A DNA stretch of 64,000 nucleotides. Source: Armatimonadota bacterium (GTDB lineage: Bacteria; Armatimonadota; Fimbriimonadia; Fimbriimonadales; GBS-DC). Under the pieces are notes generated by a model, which ran no database searches, was not told the origin of the DNA, and was given only the letters and a program-made list of their open reading frames with translations. The stretch covers positions 160,001 to 224,000 of the forward strand of contig JBBIML010000006.1 of assembly GCA_037444405.1 (NCBI GenBank), in the 5' to 3' direction. Both the position numbers and the translations under genes were made by a program. Every line of letters begins with the position of its first letter. Positions within the stretch are counted from its first letter, which is position 1. This document shows, in pieces, positions 17,151 to 26,837 of this stretch.

Positions 17151-18467
17151 ATGTACAGAAGGCTTCTGATTTGGGTGGTAGCAGGTGGTGTCGTGCTGGT
17201 AGCGGCTGGAATTGGGTTTTACCTGCTGACAGCCTATCTGATAACAAAAAAGCTGATGCAGAGCCTCCAGCCGCTGCCAGCAAACCAGATATTTCGCTCT
17301 GCTATCCCTGCCTCGTCGTCTCCAAATAAGCCCTTGCCCAAAGCGGAGACAATTTTTGAGGCTGCCGATAGTTCTTTCACCTCTATGGAGCGTATAAATA
17401 TCCAGCTAAACATAAATCAATATTTATCACCATTCTTCTTAACCCTTTTGTCTACACCACCCACTGCCTCGACACAACCAAGTTCTTCAACGACATATAT
17501 TTCTATCGATATTAATGATATTAATTCAAATATAATAAATGAGTGGCATATCGATTTCGGTCAACGATCAGTTCTATTTAAGAAGATTAAAGATGACACG
17601 ACCCAACAAACACCCAAGAGGCTTCGCCCCATTGTAAAGTCAGAACCCATTAAACAAGCTGCCTATGATGGCACGCGGTGGGTTATCATACTGGACGACT
17701 ATCACCATCCGCTCAAACTACCTGAATATGACTGGCGGTATCAAGTGATCTTGCTTGGTAGCCTCGAAGAGGGTATAAAGGTGATTAATAGGATTGAGAG
17801 TAGCGACCTGCTCCTGCCTTTGTTCGGACTTCATCGAGCCTATCTGTTTGCTGAAAATAATATAGACAGTTTAATAAAAGTTAATAAAGCTCTTAATGTT
17901 GAAGGGATACCGAATGGGTGGAGAGTAGAGACAGTTGGAGTTGATCGGATAAATGGATATGAATGTTACAGAATCCGAGCTTCTAACCCCAATCTGCAAT
18001 CCACAGTCTGGCTCTGGTTCTGTCCTAACTTGCAGAATCGGTGTGTGCGCGCGGAAGCTCTGGTATCTGGCAACATTAAGGTCAATGGACAGCCCGCATC
18101 ATTTGCAATCGCTGCTGAGATAACAGAGTGGGCTACTGAAGACTTCAAAATCCCCATGCCCAGAAAATTAAAGATTACGAGATATTTTCCATCTTCTAAA
18201 TCGGAGTATATCCTGTTTGATCGTGTTGAAGCGACTGTTCGCTATCTGAAGCCGATAGCCGAGCATGAGTATCATCTTTCGATTCCGACTGATTCGGCGC
18301 ATGTTTCAGACAACATCAATAACCGTGTTTATACCGTCGGTAAGATGGTTCCCATCGCCCCCCGCAAATCGCTGGTAGTGCCCGCACTGATTGCAGGCTC
18401 AGTCATAATGGCGCTGATAGCCATTTTCGGCTTACGCGCTTACAGGAGGTGGGCTTACCGTGGATAA
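17151..18467 (+). CDS. Hypothetical extracytoplasmic protein with N- and C-terminal TM segments (possibly LolA-like fold)
   Basis: 438-aa ORF from ATG 17151 in AT-richer DNA; TM at both ends; 'G.D.INGYECYRI.......VWLWFCP.....VR.E' resembles LolA-like beta-sheet proteins. Confidence 0.65.
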   Translation: MYRRLLIWVVAGGVVLVAAGIGFYLLTAYLITKKLMQSLQPLPANQIFRSAIPASSSPNKPLPKAETIFEAADSSFTSMERINIQLNINQYLSPFFLTLLSTPPTASTQPSSSTTYISIDINDINSNIINEWHIDFGQRSVLFKKIKDDTTQQTPKRLRPIVKSEPIKQAAYDGTRWVIILDDYHHPLKLPEYDWRYQVILLGSLEEGIKVINRIESSDLLLPLFGLHRAYLFAENNIDSLIKVNKALNVEGIPNGWRVETVGVDRINGYECYRIRASNPNLQSTVWLWFCPNLQNRCVRAEALVSGNIKVNGQPASFAIAAEITEWATEDFKIPMPRKLKITRYFPSSKSEYILFDRVEATVRYLKPIAEHEYHLSIPTDSAHVSDNINNRVYTVGKMVPIAPRKSLVVPALIAGSVIMALIAIFGLRAYRRWAYRG

Positions 18468-19491
18468 ACGGAAGGTGTTGATGAGCTTGCCTGCGGTCCT
18501 CCTATTGTTGCTGATTGGAGTGACCACCTATTGGTGGATAACGCGATCATCCACAGCGTCACGATCATCAGCAGATGAGCTACCTGTGTTCGCGACATCC
18601 AGAGTATCGATTGGTAATCGGTTTGAAGAGGATCATACCTATACAGATGTTAAATTCGTAAACAAAACAAATCTCACATGGCGAGTGAAAAGGGTACTTT
18701 ATTCCTGTTGTGGAAACACGGAGCAATACTATCGCTGGCAGCCTGAAGTTGTTCCTCCTGGCGCCACTTTGCAAGTGCATGCCCGACTGGACTTTTCGGG
18801 GCATCTGGCAGGTGTTGCAGAGAGAGCTTTTGTGCAGACCTTCTGGGTGGAGGTGGAAACGGATGGCAACCCCCGAAGAGGCTTTCTTGTCGCGGAAGTT
18901 GAGGGGGTTCAGAAGAACTGTCTTCCTGACGCTCCTCTGTATCTGCATCTGAAATCATCCAAGCCAGGCACATTATCTTACAGCCTCCATCCAGAAATCA
19001 ATCTGCAAGACATCAAGGTATCTACAACCTTGCCATGTCTGCGGGCTTTTGTCGACACCCAGCAGAGACAATTGAGGATCAAATACTATCCTGTTGATAA
19101 AGACTATTCTGGAAAATTAATCATAAAAGATAAAGAAGGAAATATAGTTCGTACAATTGTTGTTGCAATTATGCCTGCGGAACGAATCCTCATAACTCCC
19201 CGCTTATTAGGATTTGGATTGGTTGATAAAAACAAAATTTATAGAAAATATTTAAGATTAAATCTTGGAAAAATTTTGCAATATCATAACGAGATAAGGC
19301 TCCTTAATCCTGTATCGCCTGCGGGCAGGTTCCGAATCGCTGACATCGAGCGCGAGAACCAATCGGTGCTTTTGACAATTGAGTTTGTGCCGCATACTGA
19401 TGGCGTCCATCGAGGGAAGCTCAGAATTCAAGCAGGCAAAACGGCTCTCGATGTACCGTGGAGCTGCGAAACCGTGCCTGCCTCGCGCTAA
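18460..19491 (+). CDS. Membrane-anchored multi-Ig-fold protein (DUF1573-like N-terminal domain)
   Basis: Overlaps the previous stop; N-terminal TM; 'F.N.T...W.V..V..SCCG...P..VPPG'; C-terminal 'ITPRLLGFG.V'. Confidence 0.65.
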   Translation: MDKRKVLMSLPAVLLLLLIGVTTYWWITRSSTASRSSADELPVFATSRVSIGNRFEEDHTYTDVKFVNKTNLTWRVKRVLYSCCGNTEQYYRWQPEVVPPGATLQVHARLDFSGHLAGVAERAFVQTFWVEVETDGNPRRGFLVAEVEGVQKNCLPDAPLYLHLKSSKPGTLSYSLHPEINLQDIKVSTTLPCLRAFVDTQQRQLRIKYYPVDKDYSGKLIIKDKEGNIVRTIVVAIMPAERILITPRLLGFGLVDKNKIYRKYLRLNLGKILQYHNEIRLLNPVSPAGRFRIADIERENQSVLLTIEFVPHTDGVHRGKLRIQAGKTALDVPWSCETVPASR

Positions 19492-19536
19492 CGGGCGTAC
19501 TCAAGAAAAAAAGTTGCTTATCAGGTACAGTCTATA

Positions 19537-20925
19537 GTGATGGCGAAGGCACGGGTGCAGTATGTGTGTGCGACCTGTGGGCATATAACGCCGCGCTGGG
19601 TGGGGCGCTGCCCCGAATGCGGCGAGTGGAACACCCTTCAGGAGGAATCGGTCGGCGTCGTACAGCGGTCGCCCAGGCGCGGTGGCGGTCAGACGGTTGT
19701 CAAGCCCCTGCTCGCCATGCCCATCACCGCCCTCCCTGAAGAGACCGAAGCCCACATCCCCACCGGACTGGAGGAGTTCGACCGCGTGCTGGGCGGCGGC
19801 ATCGTGCGCGGCGCGATGGTGCTGATCGGCGGCGAGCCGGGCGTCGGCAAAAGCACGCTGATGCTGCAAATCGCCCATCGGCTGGCGCAACACGGAACCG
19901 TGCTGTATATCACAGGCGAGGAATCGGTTCGCCAGCTGCGCCTGCGTGCCCGCCGCCTGCAGACCGAGCATCCGAACCTGAAGGTCGCCACGGGCAACGA
20001 GCTGGAGAGCGTCCTGGCGCTCCTTGAGAATGAGCTGCCCTTCGCGGCGATTATCGACTCCATCCAGACGCTCTACACGCCCGCTGTGGAAGCCGTGCTC
20101 GGCACCGTCTCGCAGATTCGAACCTGCGCCAGCGCGCTGCAACAGCTCGCCAAAGCGCACGAAATCACGCTGTTCTTGATCGGGCATGTCACCAAAGAGG
20201 GCGCGATTGCCGGACCGAAGGTGCTGGAGCATCTGGTCGACACAGTTCTCTACTTTGAGGGTGAACCGCAGGGCGCGTTCCGCATTCTGCGAGCGACCAA
20301 GAATCGGTTCGGGGCGACTGACGAGATTGGCGTGTTCGATTTGCGGGCGGAGGGGCTGGTTCCCGTGCCGAACCCGTCGGAGCTGCTGCTGGCGGAGCGG
20401 GCGACCGACGCGCCCGGCTCGGTGGTGTTCCCTGCGCTGGAGGGCAGTCGCGCCCTGTTGATGGAGATTCAGGCACTGACCACGCCCTCCTTTCTGAACA
20501 CGCCGCGCCGCGTTATCACAGGGTTGAGCTATGAGCGGGTGAGCCTTGTGCTGGCGGTGCTGGAGAAGCGACTGGGCTATCGGATGATCTCGCACGATGT
20601 GTTTGTGAATGTGGCGGGTGGGTTGCGCTTGCAGGAGCCGGCGGCGGATCTGGCGGTGCTGATGGCGGTCGCCTCTGCGATGCGCGATCAGCCGTTGCGC
20701 CCCGATCTGGTGGTGTTTGGCGAGGTGGGGCTGGGCGGTGAGGTGCGGGGCGTGCCGCGCATGGAGGCACGCCTGCGCGAAGCGGCTCGCATGGGCTTCC
20801 GCTACGCACTCGTGCCCCACAGCAATCTCCAGCGCCCGCACGAACGGCTCCCGCTCAGCGCGTTCCCCGTCCGCCACGCCCGCGAAGCCATCGCCCAGGC
20901 GCTGGCACACACCGAATCGGGTTAG
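19537..20925 (+). CDS. radA: DNA repair protein RadA/Sms
   Basis: Zn finger 'C..CG....RW.GRCPECGEWNT', 'GGEPGVGKSTL', 'KNRFG'. Confidence 0.98.
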   Translation: MMAKARVQYVCATCGHITPRWVGRCPECGEWNTLQEESVGVVQRSPRRGGGQTVVKPLLAMPITALPEETEAHIPTGLEEFDRVLGGGIVRGAMVLIGGEPGVGKSTLMLQIAHRLAQHGTVLYITGEESVRQLRLRARRLQTEHPNLKVATGNELESVLALLENELPFAAIIDSIQTLYTPAVEAVLGTVSQIRTCASALQQLAKAHEITLFLIGHVTKEGAIAGPKVLEHLVDTVLYFEGEPQGAFRILRATKNRFGATDEIGVFDLRAEGLVPVPNPSELLLAERATDAPGSVVFPALEGSRALLMEIQALTTPSFLNTPRRVITGLSYERVSLVLAVLEKRLGYRMISHDVFVNVAGGLRLQEPAADLAVLMAVASAMRDQPLRPDLVVFGEVGLGGEVRGVPRMEARLREAARMGFRYALVPHSNLQRPHERLPLSAFPVRHAREAIAQALAHTESG

Positions 20926-20966
20926 CCCCTCTCCCCCACTGGGGAAGAGGGTACGGGTGAGGGGGC
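20926..20966. repeat. CCCTCTCCC...GAGGG..GGGTGAGGGG intergenic repeat unit between convergent genes
   Basis: Closely matches the units at 42361-42396 and 42407-42450. Confidence 0.65.
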
Positions 20967-20972
20967 TGAACC

Positions 20973-22949
20973 TCACTGATCCCAGCCTAAATGCCCATTA
21001 ATGGAGATGGTGTACACCGCCTGACCCGTCACCAGCCGATAGATGGCTAATGGCGTGTCCACCGCGAACTCCGCCAGGATCACCCCCAGCGCAATCGCCC
21101 GCAGCTTCTCATAGCCCGGCAAGCCCCAGTAGCGGTTCACAAACAGCTTGATAATCAGCACCATTAGCAGCCCGAACCAGATGTAGTCGATGCCAAAGTT
21201 CATCGAGAGCGCGTAGCCCGCGGGATGGATCGGGAAGCCAGGCACGCGATAGCGAATGAAATCGAGCAGCAGCACGAAGCAGAACGCGCCCGTGAAGAAC
21301 GCCATCGCCGTTACATTCGGCGGGTAGCGGTTATCGGCTAACTGCGTGATGACACCCGCCATGCCGCCCGCCCAGTCCGGTGCGCCATCCCGATAGAACC
21401 GATTCACGCTGAACAGCTCGCCCAGAAAGATGCCCGTCAGCACCGCCGCCGCAATCACAAAAAACAGCCCGCGCTGATTGAGGCGGGCAATCTCGCCCAT
21501 CTTCATCGCCTCCAGCTCGTACGGCATCGGATGCGTGCGGTGCAAACGGTTCATAAAATGGAAGGTGGTCATCAGGCGAGCGATGGTCGATTCGGAGAGA
21601 TTCTGCGTGCCCGTGAAGGCAATCATCAGCTGGTGCGGTCCCATGAACGCCATCTCGTGGATGGGGGCGCCCAGCTGCGCCCGCAACCGCGCCACAATCA
21701 CGCTGAACGCCATGTAGAGCGCCACATAGATGGTCACCAGCCACCAGGGCAGCCCCACCGCCACGCCCAGCCCAATCAGCAGACCCAGACTGAGAATCAG
21801 CCCGATGAACGCCCAGCGTGCAGAAATCGCGTAGCCCGCGTCGGGGTTGAACCCTGTGCGAATCTCGTTCCAGATCTCCTTCAGATAACCGCGCGACGCC
21901 CACACCACGCTCACGAACAGCCCCAGAAACGCGCCCCACGACTGCTCGCTGAAATAGGGCGGCTGCGGCACCAGATAGCCCCCACCAAACACGCCCTGCT
22001 CGTAGCCCAGCGCCGCCGTAATCACCTGCATCCCCTTGCGCACAAAGTAGAACAGAATGCACGAAAAGAGCAGGTCATTCGGCACGAACACGCCAATCGC
22101 CGTCATATAAGGAAACAGCCCCATCGGGATCCAGCCAATCTGATTCCAGGGCGGGCTTTGCAGGTACTCGTTCAATCGCGCCAGAAAGCGCACCTTGATG
22201 GGCGGAATCCACGGATAGAAGAAGTTGAGCGCGTTCAGCGTGTCGATGGCAACCATCACGAGGAAGCCACCCCACAGATATTTGCTCCGCCACAGCGGCG
22301 CCTGCGGCTGACACAGCAGCATCGGCACTTGCAGGATGGGGAACGCCAGCCGCTCTTGCTGCGTCCACAGCCGCCGCATCAGCGCGTTAATGCAGAGCAT
22401 CGCCAGCGCCGCCGAGCCGAACAGCCCCATCCAGCCCAGAAAGATGGGCAACCACAGGGGCAACTTCGTCAGCACATAGGGCATCCCGTGCCCGCCCTGA
22501 CCGTAATCCGGCAGCTGATCCCCGCTTTTGAAGAAGAGCCAGCCGGCAATATGGGGCAGCACGCGCGTCTTGTAGGTGTTGTTCTGGTCGGCATACAGCC
22601 CGAAGGCGTGCCAGAGCGGTGAGACGACCGCCATCCACTCCGCCGACATCGCCGTGCCCACAAACAGAATGCTGAACAGCAGCACCAGATCGGGCGTGCG
22701 CAGAAACCAGCGACGGGTCAGCCCGTAGCCGATGGCGTTCAGCAGGGCGACCGCCATCAGCGCGGAAACGGGTGGGATAATCAGCGAGAAGATGACGCTC
22801 ACCACGCTCTCCACCGCCCAGTAGGTGGTGAACGGCAACAGGGCGAACCCGATCAGCAGCGCTCGCAACCGAATCGGGTTCGCCTGTTCCGATGGAGCCA
22901 CCTCGCTCACAGCGGAGACCATTGCCTCCGATGAGGGCTTCGTTTGCAT
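20973..22949 (-). CDS. Polytopic membrane protein, putative peptide transporter (DUF6785/DUF6784-like)
   Basis: Many TM segments; 'LMRRLW..QERLAFPI.QVP', 'R..PMP..LE..K', 'FPIHPAGYA'. Confidence 0.7.
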   Translation of the reverse strand: MQTKPSSEAMVSAVSEVAPSEQANPIRLRALLIGFALLPFTTYWAVESVVSVIFSLIIPPVSALMAVALLNAIGYGLTRRWFLRTPDLVLLFSILFVGTAMSAEWMAVVSPLWHAFGLYADQNNTYKTRVLPHIAGWLFFKSGDQLPDYGQGGHGMPYVLTKLPLWLPIFLGWMGLFGSAALAMLCINALMRRLWTQQERLAFPILQVPMLLCQPQAPLWRSKYLWGGFLVMVAIDTLNALNFFYPWIPPIKVRFLARLNEYLQSPPWNQIGWIPMGLFPYMTAIGVFVPNDLLFSCILFYFVRKGMQVITAALGYEQGVFGGGYLVPQPPYFSEQSWGAFLGLFVSVVWASRGYLKEIWNEIRTGFNPDAGYAISARWAFIGLILSLGLLIGLGVAVGLPWWLVTIYVALYMAFSVIVARLRAQLGAPIHEMAFMGPHQLMIAFTGTQNLSESTIARLMTTFHFMNRLHRTHPMPYELEAMKMGEIARLNQRGLFFVIAAAVLTGIFLGELFSVNRFYRDGAPDWAGGMAGVITQLADNRYPPNVTAMAFFTGAFCFVLLLDFIRYRVPGFPIHPAGYALSMNFGIDYIWFGLLMVLIIKLFVNRYWGLPGYEKLRAIALGVILAEFAVDTPLAIYRLVTGQAVYTISINGHLGWDQ

Positions 22950-23001
22950 CGATATATGTTTTGATTCGCCCTGCGCCGCCGATTGTCCTGCTCACCCGGG
23001 C

Positions 23002-24120
23002 TTATCCGAGTCGGTTCAGGCGCACGCGATAGATATGGGCGGACGCCTCGCGCGGGATGCCGCCGCGTGCCAGCGCGCGCTCGATCTGCTCCTGCGAGAT
23101 TCGCGCGTCGGGGATGGGCGGCACAATCGCGCTGACGCGACCTTGCCACTCCACCAGCACGGCGTCGCGCTGGGGATCCACCTGCGCCCCCTCCCGCAAC
23201 GGCTCATACGACTCCACCAGATAGACCACATAGCGCAGGGTGGGCAGCTCATACGGCTCCACGGGCGGGCGGTGCGGGTCCAGCAGGGCGGCGCGGGTCG
23301 CCTGATGGATAATCTCGTGAGCGCGGGTCGGCTTCTGGGGCTTCAGACTGCCCATCAGTCCGCGCAGTTGCTCGTCCTGATAGAGCGCGACGAACACACT
23401 GCCTGGCTCCCGCAGCGCCTTCGGCAGGCGTCGCAGGTCAGGCTCAATCAGCGCGCCCTCCTGCACGAACCGCTCCACCGCCGTCTGCGCCAGCTGCAGG
23501 CAAGCTGCTTCCAGCGACGGCTCCGTTTTGCGCCATGTGAGGCGCGGCTCCTGACCACGCAGGATGCGCTGAATGTTGGCGCGATGGCGGAACACCACAA
23601 TCGCCGCCGCGACCGCCAGAATCGCGATGGCAGCGGGCGAGTGCCCGAACCAGTAGGCGGCAATTGGCACGGTAATCGCGCCCAGAATGGAGCCGAGCGA
23701 GACCCAGCGGGTCAGCCCGAAGGCAATCAGCCACACGACAAAGGCGACGCCAGCGGTCGCGGGCGCAGCCGCTAACAGCACGCCCAGCCCTGTCGCGATG
23801 CCCTTGCCGCCCCGAAAGCGCATAAAAGGCGAGAAGGTGTGTCCCAGTATCGCCGCCGCGCCGATTAGCAAAGCGTCCACATCGCTCTGGGTCGCACGAA
23901 CCACTGCAAAGGTGGGCAGCCAGCCCTTGAAGGCGTCCAGCAACAGCACCGCCACGCCCGCCTTCGCGCCCAGCACACGGAACACATTCGTCGCGCCGAT
24001 GTTGCCGCTCCCATGCTGGCGGATATCGACCCCGCGCAGTCGCCCCACCCAGTAGCCGAACGGCAGCGAGCCGATACCGAACGCCACCAGCATCACTCCA
24101 AGCAGCGCGTACCACTCCAT
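23002..24120 (-). CDS. plsY: Glycerol-3-phosphate acyltransferase PlsY fused to a C-terminal AMMECR1-like domain
   Basis: PlsY motifs 'GSLPFG', 'DIR.HGSGNIGATN', 'GH.F..F..F.GGKG.AT', 'H..NI.R...G.E'; then 'LA..AVE.F...L..P..VFV.LY....LRG.MG...AA..DP...PV...EL' of AMMECR1. Confidence 0.85.
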   Translation of the reverse strand: MEWYALLGVMLVAFGIGSLPFGYWVGRLRGVDIRQHGSGNIGATNVFRVLGAKAGVAVLLLDAFKGWLPTFAVVRATQSDVDALLIGAAAILGHTFSPFMRFRGGKGIATGLGVLLAAAPATAGVAFVVWLIAFGLTRWVSLGSILGAITVPIAAYWFGHSPAAIAILAVAAAIVVFRHRANIQRILRGQEPRLTWRKTEPSLEAACLQLAQTAVERFVQEGALIEPDLRRLPKALREPGSVFVALYQDEQLRGLMGSLKPQKPTRAHEIIHQATRAALLDPHRPPVEPYELPTLRYVVYLVESYEPLREGAQVDPQRDAVLVEWQGRVSAIVPPIPDARISQEQIERALARGGIPREASAHIYRVRLNRLG

Positions 24121-24144
24121 CCCAGCAGATTATACCGCAGGCTT

Positions 24145-25635
24145 CTAACGATGGGCGCGTTCGATGGCTCGCAGGGCAGCCATCGCCTTGTTGAGGCACT
24201 CCTGATACTCGCGTTCAGGCTGCGAATCGGCGACGATCCCCGCTCCCGCCTGCACATGCGCGACGCCATCCTTGAGCAGGATGGTGCGGATGGTGATGCA
24301 GGTGTCCATGTCGCCTGTGTAGCTGAAGTAGCCGACGGCGCCCGCGTAGGGTCCGCGGCGGGTCGGCTCCAGCTCCTCAATAATCTCCATCGCCCTCACT
24401 TTGGGCGCGCCTGCCACCGTGCCCGCGGGGAAGCAGGCGCGCAACACATCGAAACTGTCCACGCCCGCCTTCAGCCGCCCGCGCACCTCCGACACGATAT
24501 GCATCACATGCGAGTAGCGCTCAATCACCATCAGCTCGGGCACATGCACCGTGCCATACTCGCAGACGCGCCCCAGGTCGTTGCGCCCCAGATCGACCAG
24601 CATGATATGCTCGGCGCGTTCCTTCTCGTCGGCAAGCAGTTCCTGCGCCAGTTGCTGATCTTCGGTTTCGTTCGCGCCGCGCGGGCGTGTGCCCGCAATC
24701 GGGCGCGTGGTCGCCTGACGCCCCTCCACCGTTACCAGCACCTCTGGCGACGCGCCAACCAGCGTCATATCGTCCATGCGCAGGAAAAACATATAGGGCG
24801 ACGGGTTGATGGAGCGCAGGGCGCGATAGATGTTGAGCGCGGGCGCACGCACAGGCTGGCTGAACCGCTGGGACAGCACCACCTGAATGCAGTCGCCCGC
24901 ATGGATATACTCCACCGCGCGCTCCACCGCCTTCAGAAACGCCTCGCGCGCCATGTTCGGCGTCGGATTGAGCTGGAAGCTGGGGTCTTCAAAGGGTGGC
25001 GGGGGTGGCAGCGGGCGATTGAGCTGGGTCAATACGCTTTCGATGCGCTCCGTCGCTCGCCGATACGCGCTCGACGGCTCGGCGCACGGCGGCGCATTCA
25101 CCAGCACCTGAATGCGATGCAACACATGGTCAAAAATCAGCAGCACTTCGGGGAAGATGAGGCAACAGTCGTCGGTTTGCAAATCGTCTGCGGTCTGGTC
25201 AGGCAGGCGTTCGAGGAAGCGCACATAGTCGTAGGCGATATAGCCGACCGCGCCGCCGGTGAATCGGGGTAGTTGCGGGTCGCGCCGATAGCGGAACCGA
25301 TAGAGCAGCGCGCGCACGGCGTCGAGCGGGTCCTGGTTCGGGGGCAGCTCCAGCGTTCGCCAGCCTGTGTCGCGCTCCCACAGGCGCATGAGGCGCCCTT
25401 TAGAGCGCACAATCGCCGTCGGCGCAAAGCCGATAAAGGAGTAGCGGGCGATGCGCTCGCCCCCGCTCACGCTCTCCAGCAAAAAGGCGTACGGCTCGTC
25501 GCCTGCCACCTTGTAGAAGGCGGAGAGGGGCGTCTCCCAGTCTGCCAGCACCGCCTGATGGACGGGCGCCATCAGCCCCGCCGCCTGCCAGCGGCAAAAG
25601 GCATCCGCATCAGGCTGAATCGCCAGCCTATACAC
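24145..25635 (-). CDS. trpE: Anthranilate synthase component I
   Basis: 'LLESV.GGE..ARYS', 'NPSPYMF', 'RPIAGTRPRG', 'EH.MLVDLGRND', 'FPAGTV.GAPK'. Confidence 0.93.
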   Translation of the reverse strand: MYRLAIQPDADAFCRWQAAGLMAPVHQAVLADWETPLSAFYKVAGDEPYAFLLESVSGGERIARYSFIGFAPTAIVRSKGRLMRLWERDTGWRTLELPPNQDPLDAVRALLYRFRYRRDPQLPRFTGGAVGYIAYDYVRFLERLPDQTADDLQTDDCCLIFPEVLLIFDHVLHRIQVLVNAPPCAEPSSAYRRATERIESVLTQLNRPLPPPPPFEDPSFQLNPTPNMAREAFLKAVERAVEYIHAGDCIQVVLSQRFSQPVRAPALNIYRALRSINPSPYMFFLRMDDMTLVGASPEVLVTVEGRQATTRPIAGTRPRGANETEDQQLAQELLADEKERAEHIMLVDLGRNDLGRVCEYGTVHVPELMVIERYSHVMHIVSEVRGRLKAGVDSFDVLRACFPAGTVAGAPKVRAMEIIEELEPTRRGPYAGAVGYFSYTGDMDTCITIRTILLKDGVAHVQAGAGIVADSQPEREYQECLNKAMAALRAIERAHR

Positions 25636-25760
25636 CGTCGGGCGAACCCCCTCGATCCGTCCAGATTGACCCTGCCCGCCTGTATGCGCACTCCATCGGC
25701 ACCGCCCCGAAGTATACCCGTCGGCAGGAAAGGGCGCTTGCCTGCTGAACTCAGGAGGGG

Positions 25761-26837
25761 ATGAAACGCACGGCTTTATATGAGGCGCATCGGCAGCTGG
25801 GCGCGCGCATGGTGGAGTTCGCGGGCTGGGAGATGCCCATCCAGTACCAGAGCATTCTGGACGAGGCGCGCGCGGTGCGCACTCGCTGGGGCATCTTCGA
25901 TGTGAGCCATATGGGGCGCGCCTGCCTGCACGGCGAGAACACCATCCCGTTTTTGAACCTGTTAGTGCCCAGCGATCTGGGCAAGCTGGGCGACAACAGC
26001 GCGCTCTATACCGTGCTGACCAACGAGCGCGGCGGCGTCGTGGACGATATCATCCTCTATCGGCAATCGCCCGACCAGTGGCTGATGGTGTTCAACGCCG
26101 CCAACCACGACAAAGACCTCGCGTGGCTCCAGCGCTGGCAGGGACGCTTCAATCCGCCGCCCACCATCGACGACCAGACCGAGCGCACGGTGATGATTGC
26201 GGTTCAGGGACCCGAAGCGGTGGCGCATCTGACGGCATTATTGGCGCCGCGCCTCACCGATGTGCCGCGGTTTGGAGCGCTCGCGTTTGAGTGGCGCGGG
26301 GTGCCCGTTTTTGCGGGACGCACAGGCTATACAGGTGAAGATGGTTTTGAGCTGATTGTGCCTGCGGAAGCGGGTGAGGCACTATGGGAGACCCTGTTGC
26401 AGGCGGGCGCGACACCCTGCGGGCTGGGCGCCCGCGATGTGCTGCGCGTGGAAGCAGGACTCCATCTCTATGGGCACGAACTGACCGACGACACGAACCC
26501 CATTGAGGCGGGGTTGGGCTGGCTTGTGAGCGAGCGCACCGACTACATCGGCGCGGACATCATCCAGCGGGTCAAAACCGAAGGTGCTGCGCGCCGCCTG
26601 ATGGGGATCGTGCTGCAGGAGCGCGGCGTGCCCCGTGAGGGCTATCCCGTGCTGATTGAGGGGCAGGTGGTGGCGCAGCTCACCAGCGGCGTCTACTCGC
26701 CCACGCTTGAATGCGGAATCGGAATGGCGTATCTGCCCGCTGAATGGGCGAAGGCAGGCACACCCTGCGCAGTGGAGATTCGCGGACGCGCCGTGCCCGC
26801 GCTGATCACCACCCGCCGCTTCCTCAAACGAGGCTGA
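25761..26837 (+). CDS. gcvT: Glycine cleavage system aminomethyltransferase T
   Basis: 'RT.LY..H..LGA.MV.FAGWEMP.QY', 'FDVSHMG', 'RTGYTGEDGFE', 'GLGARD.LR.EAG'. Confidence 0.97.
   Translation: MKRTALYEAHRQLGARMVEFAGWEMPIQYQSILDEARAVRTRWGIFDVSHMGRACLHGENTIPFLNLLVPSDLGKLGDNSALYTVLTNERGGVVDDIILYRQSPDQWLMVFNAANHDKDLAWLQRWQGRFNPPPTIDDQTERTVMIAVQGPEAVAHLTALLAPRLTDVPRFGALAFEWRGVPVFAGRTGYTGEDGFELIVPAEAGEALWETLLQAGATPCGLGARDVLRVEAGLHLYGHELTDDTNPIEAGLGWLVSERTDYIGADIIQRVKTEGAARRLMGIVLQERGVPREGYPVLIEGQVVAQLTSGVYSPTLECGIGMAYLPAEWAKAGTPCAVEIRGRAVPALITTRRFLKRG

Noticed and set aside
25628..25760. Glycine riboswitch before gcvT, or a trp leader peptide (22-codon ORF 25628-25696 on the minus strand)
   Set aside because: Glycine aptamer core motifs are absent; the ORF has a single Trp codon and no attenuator hairpin with a U tract.
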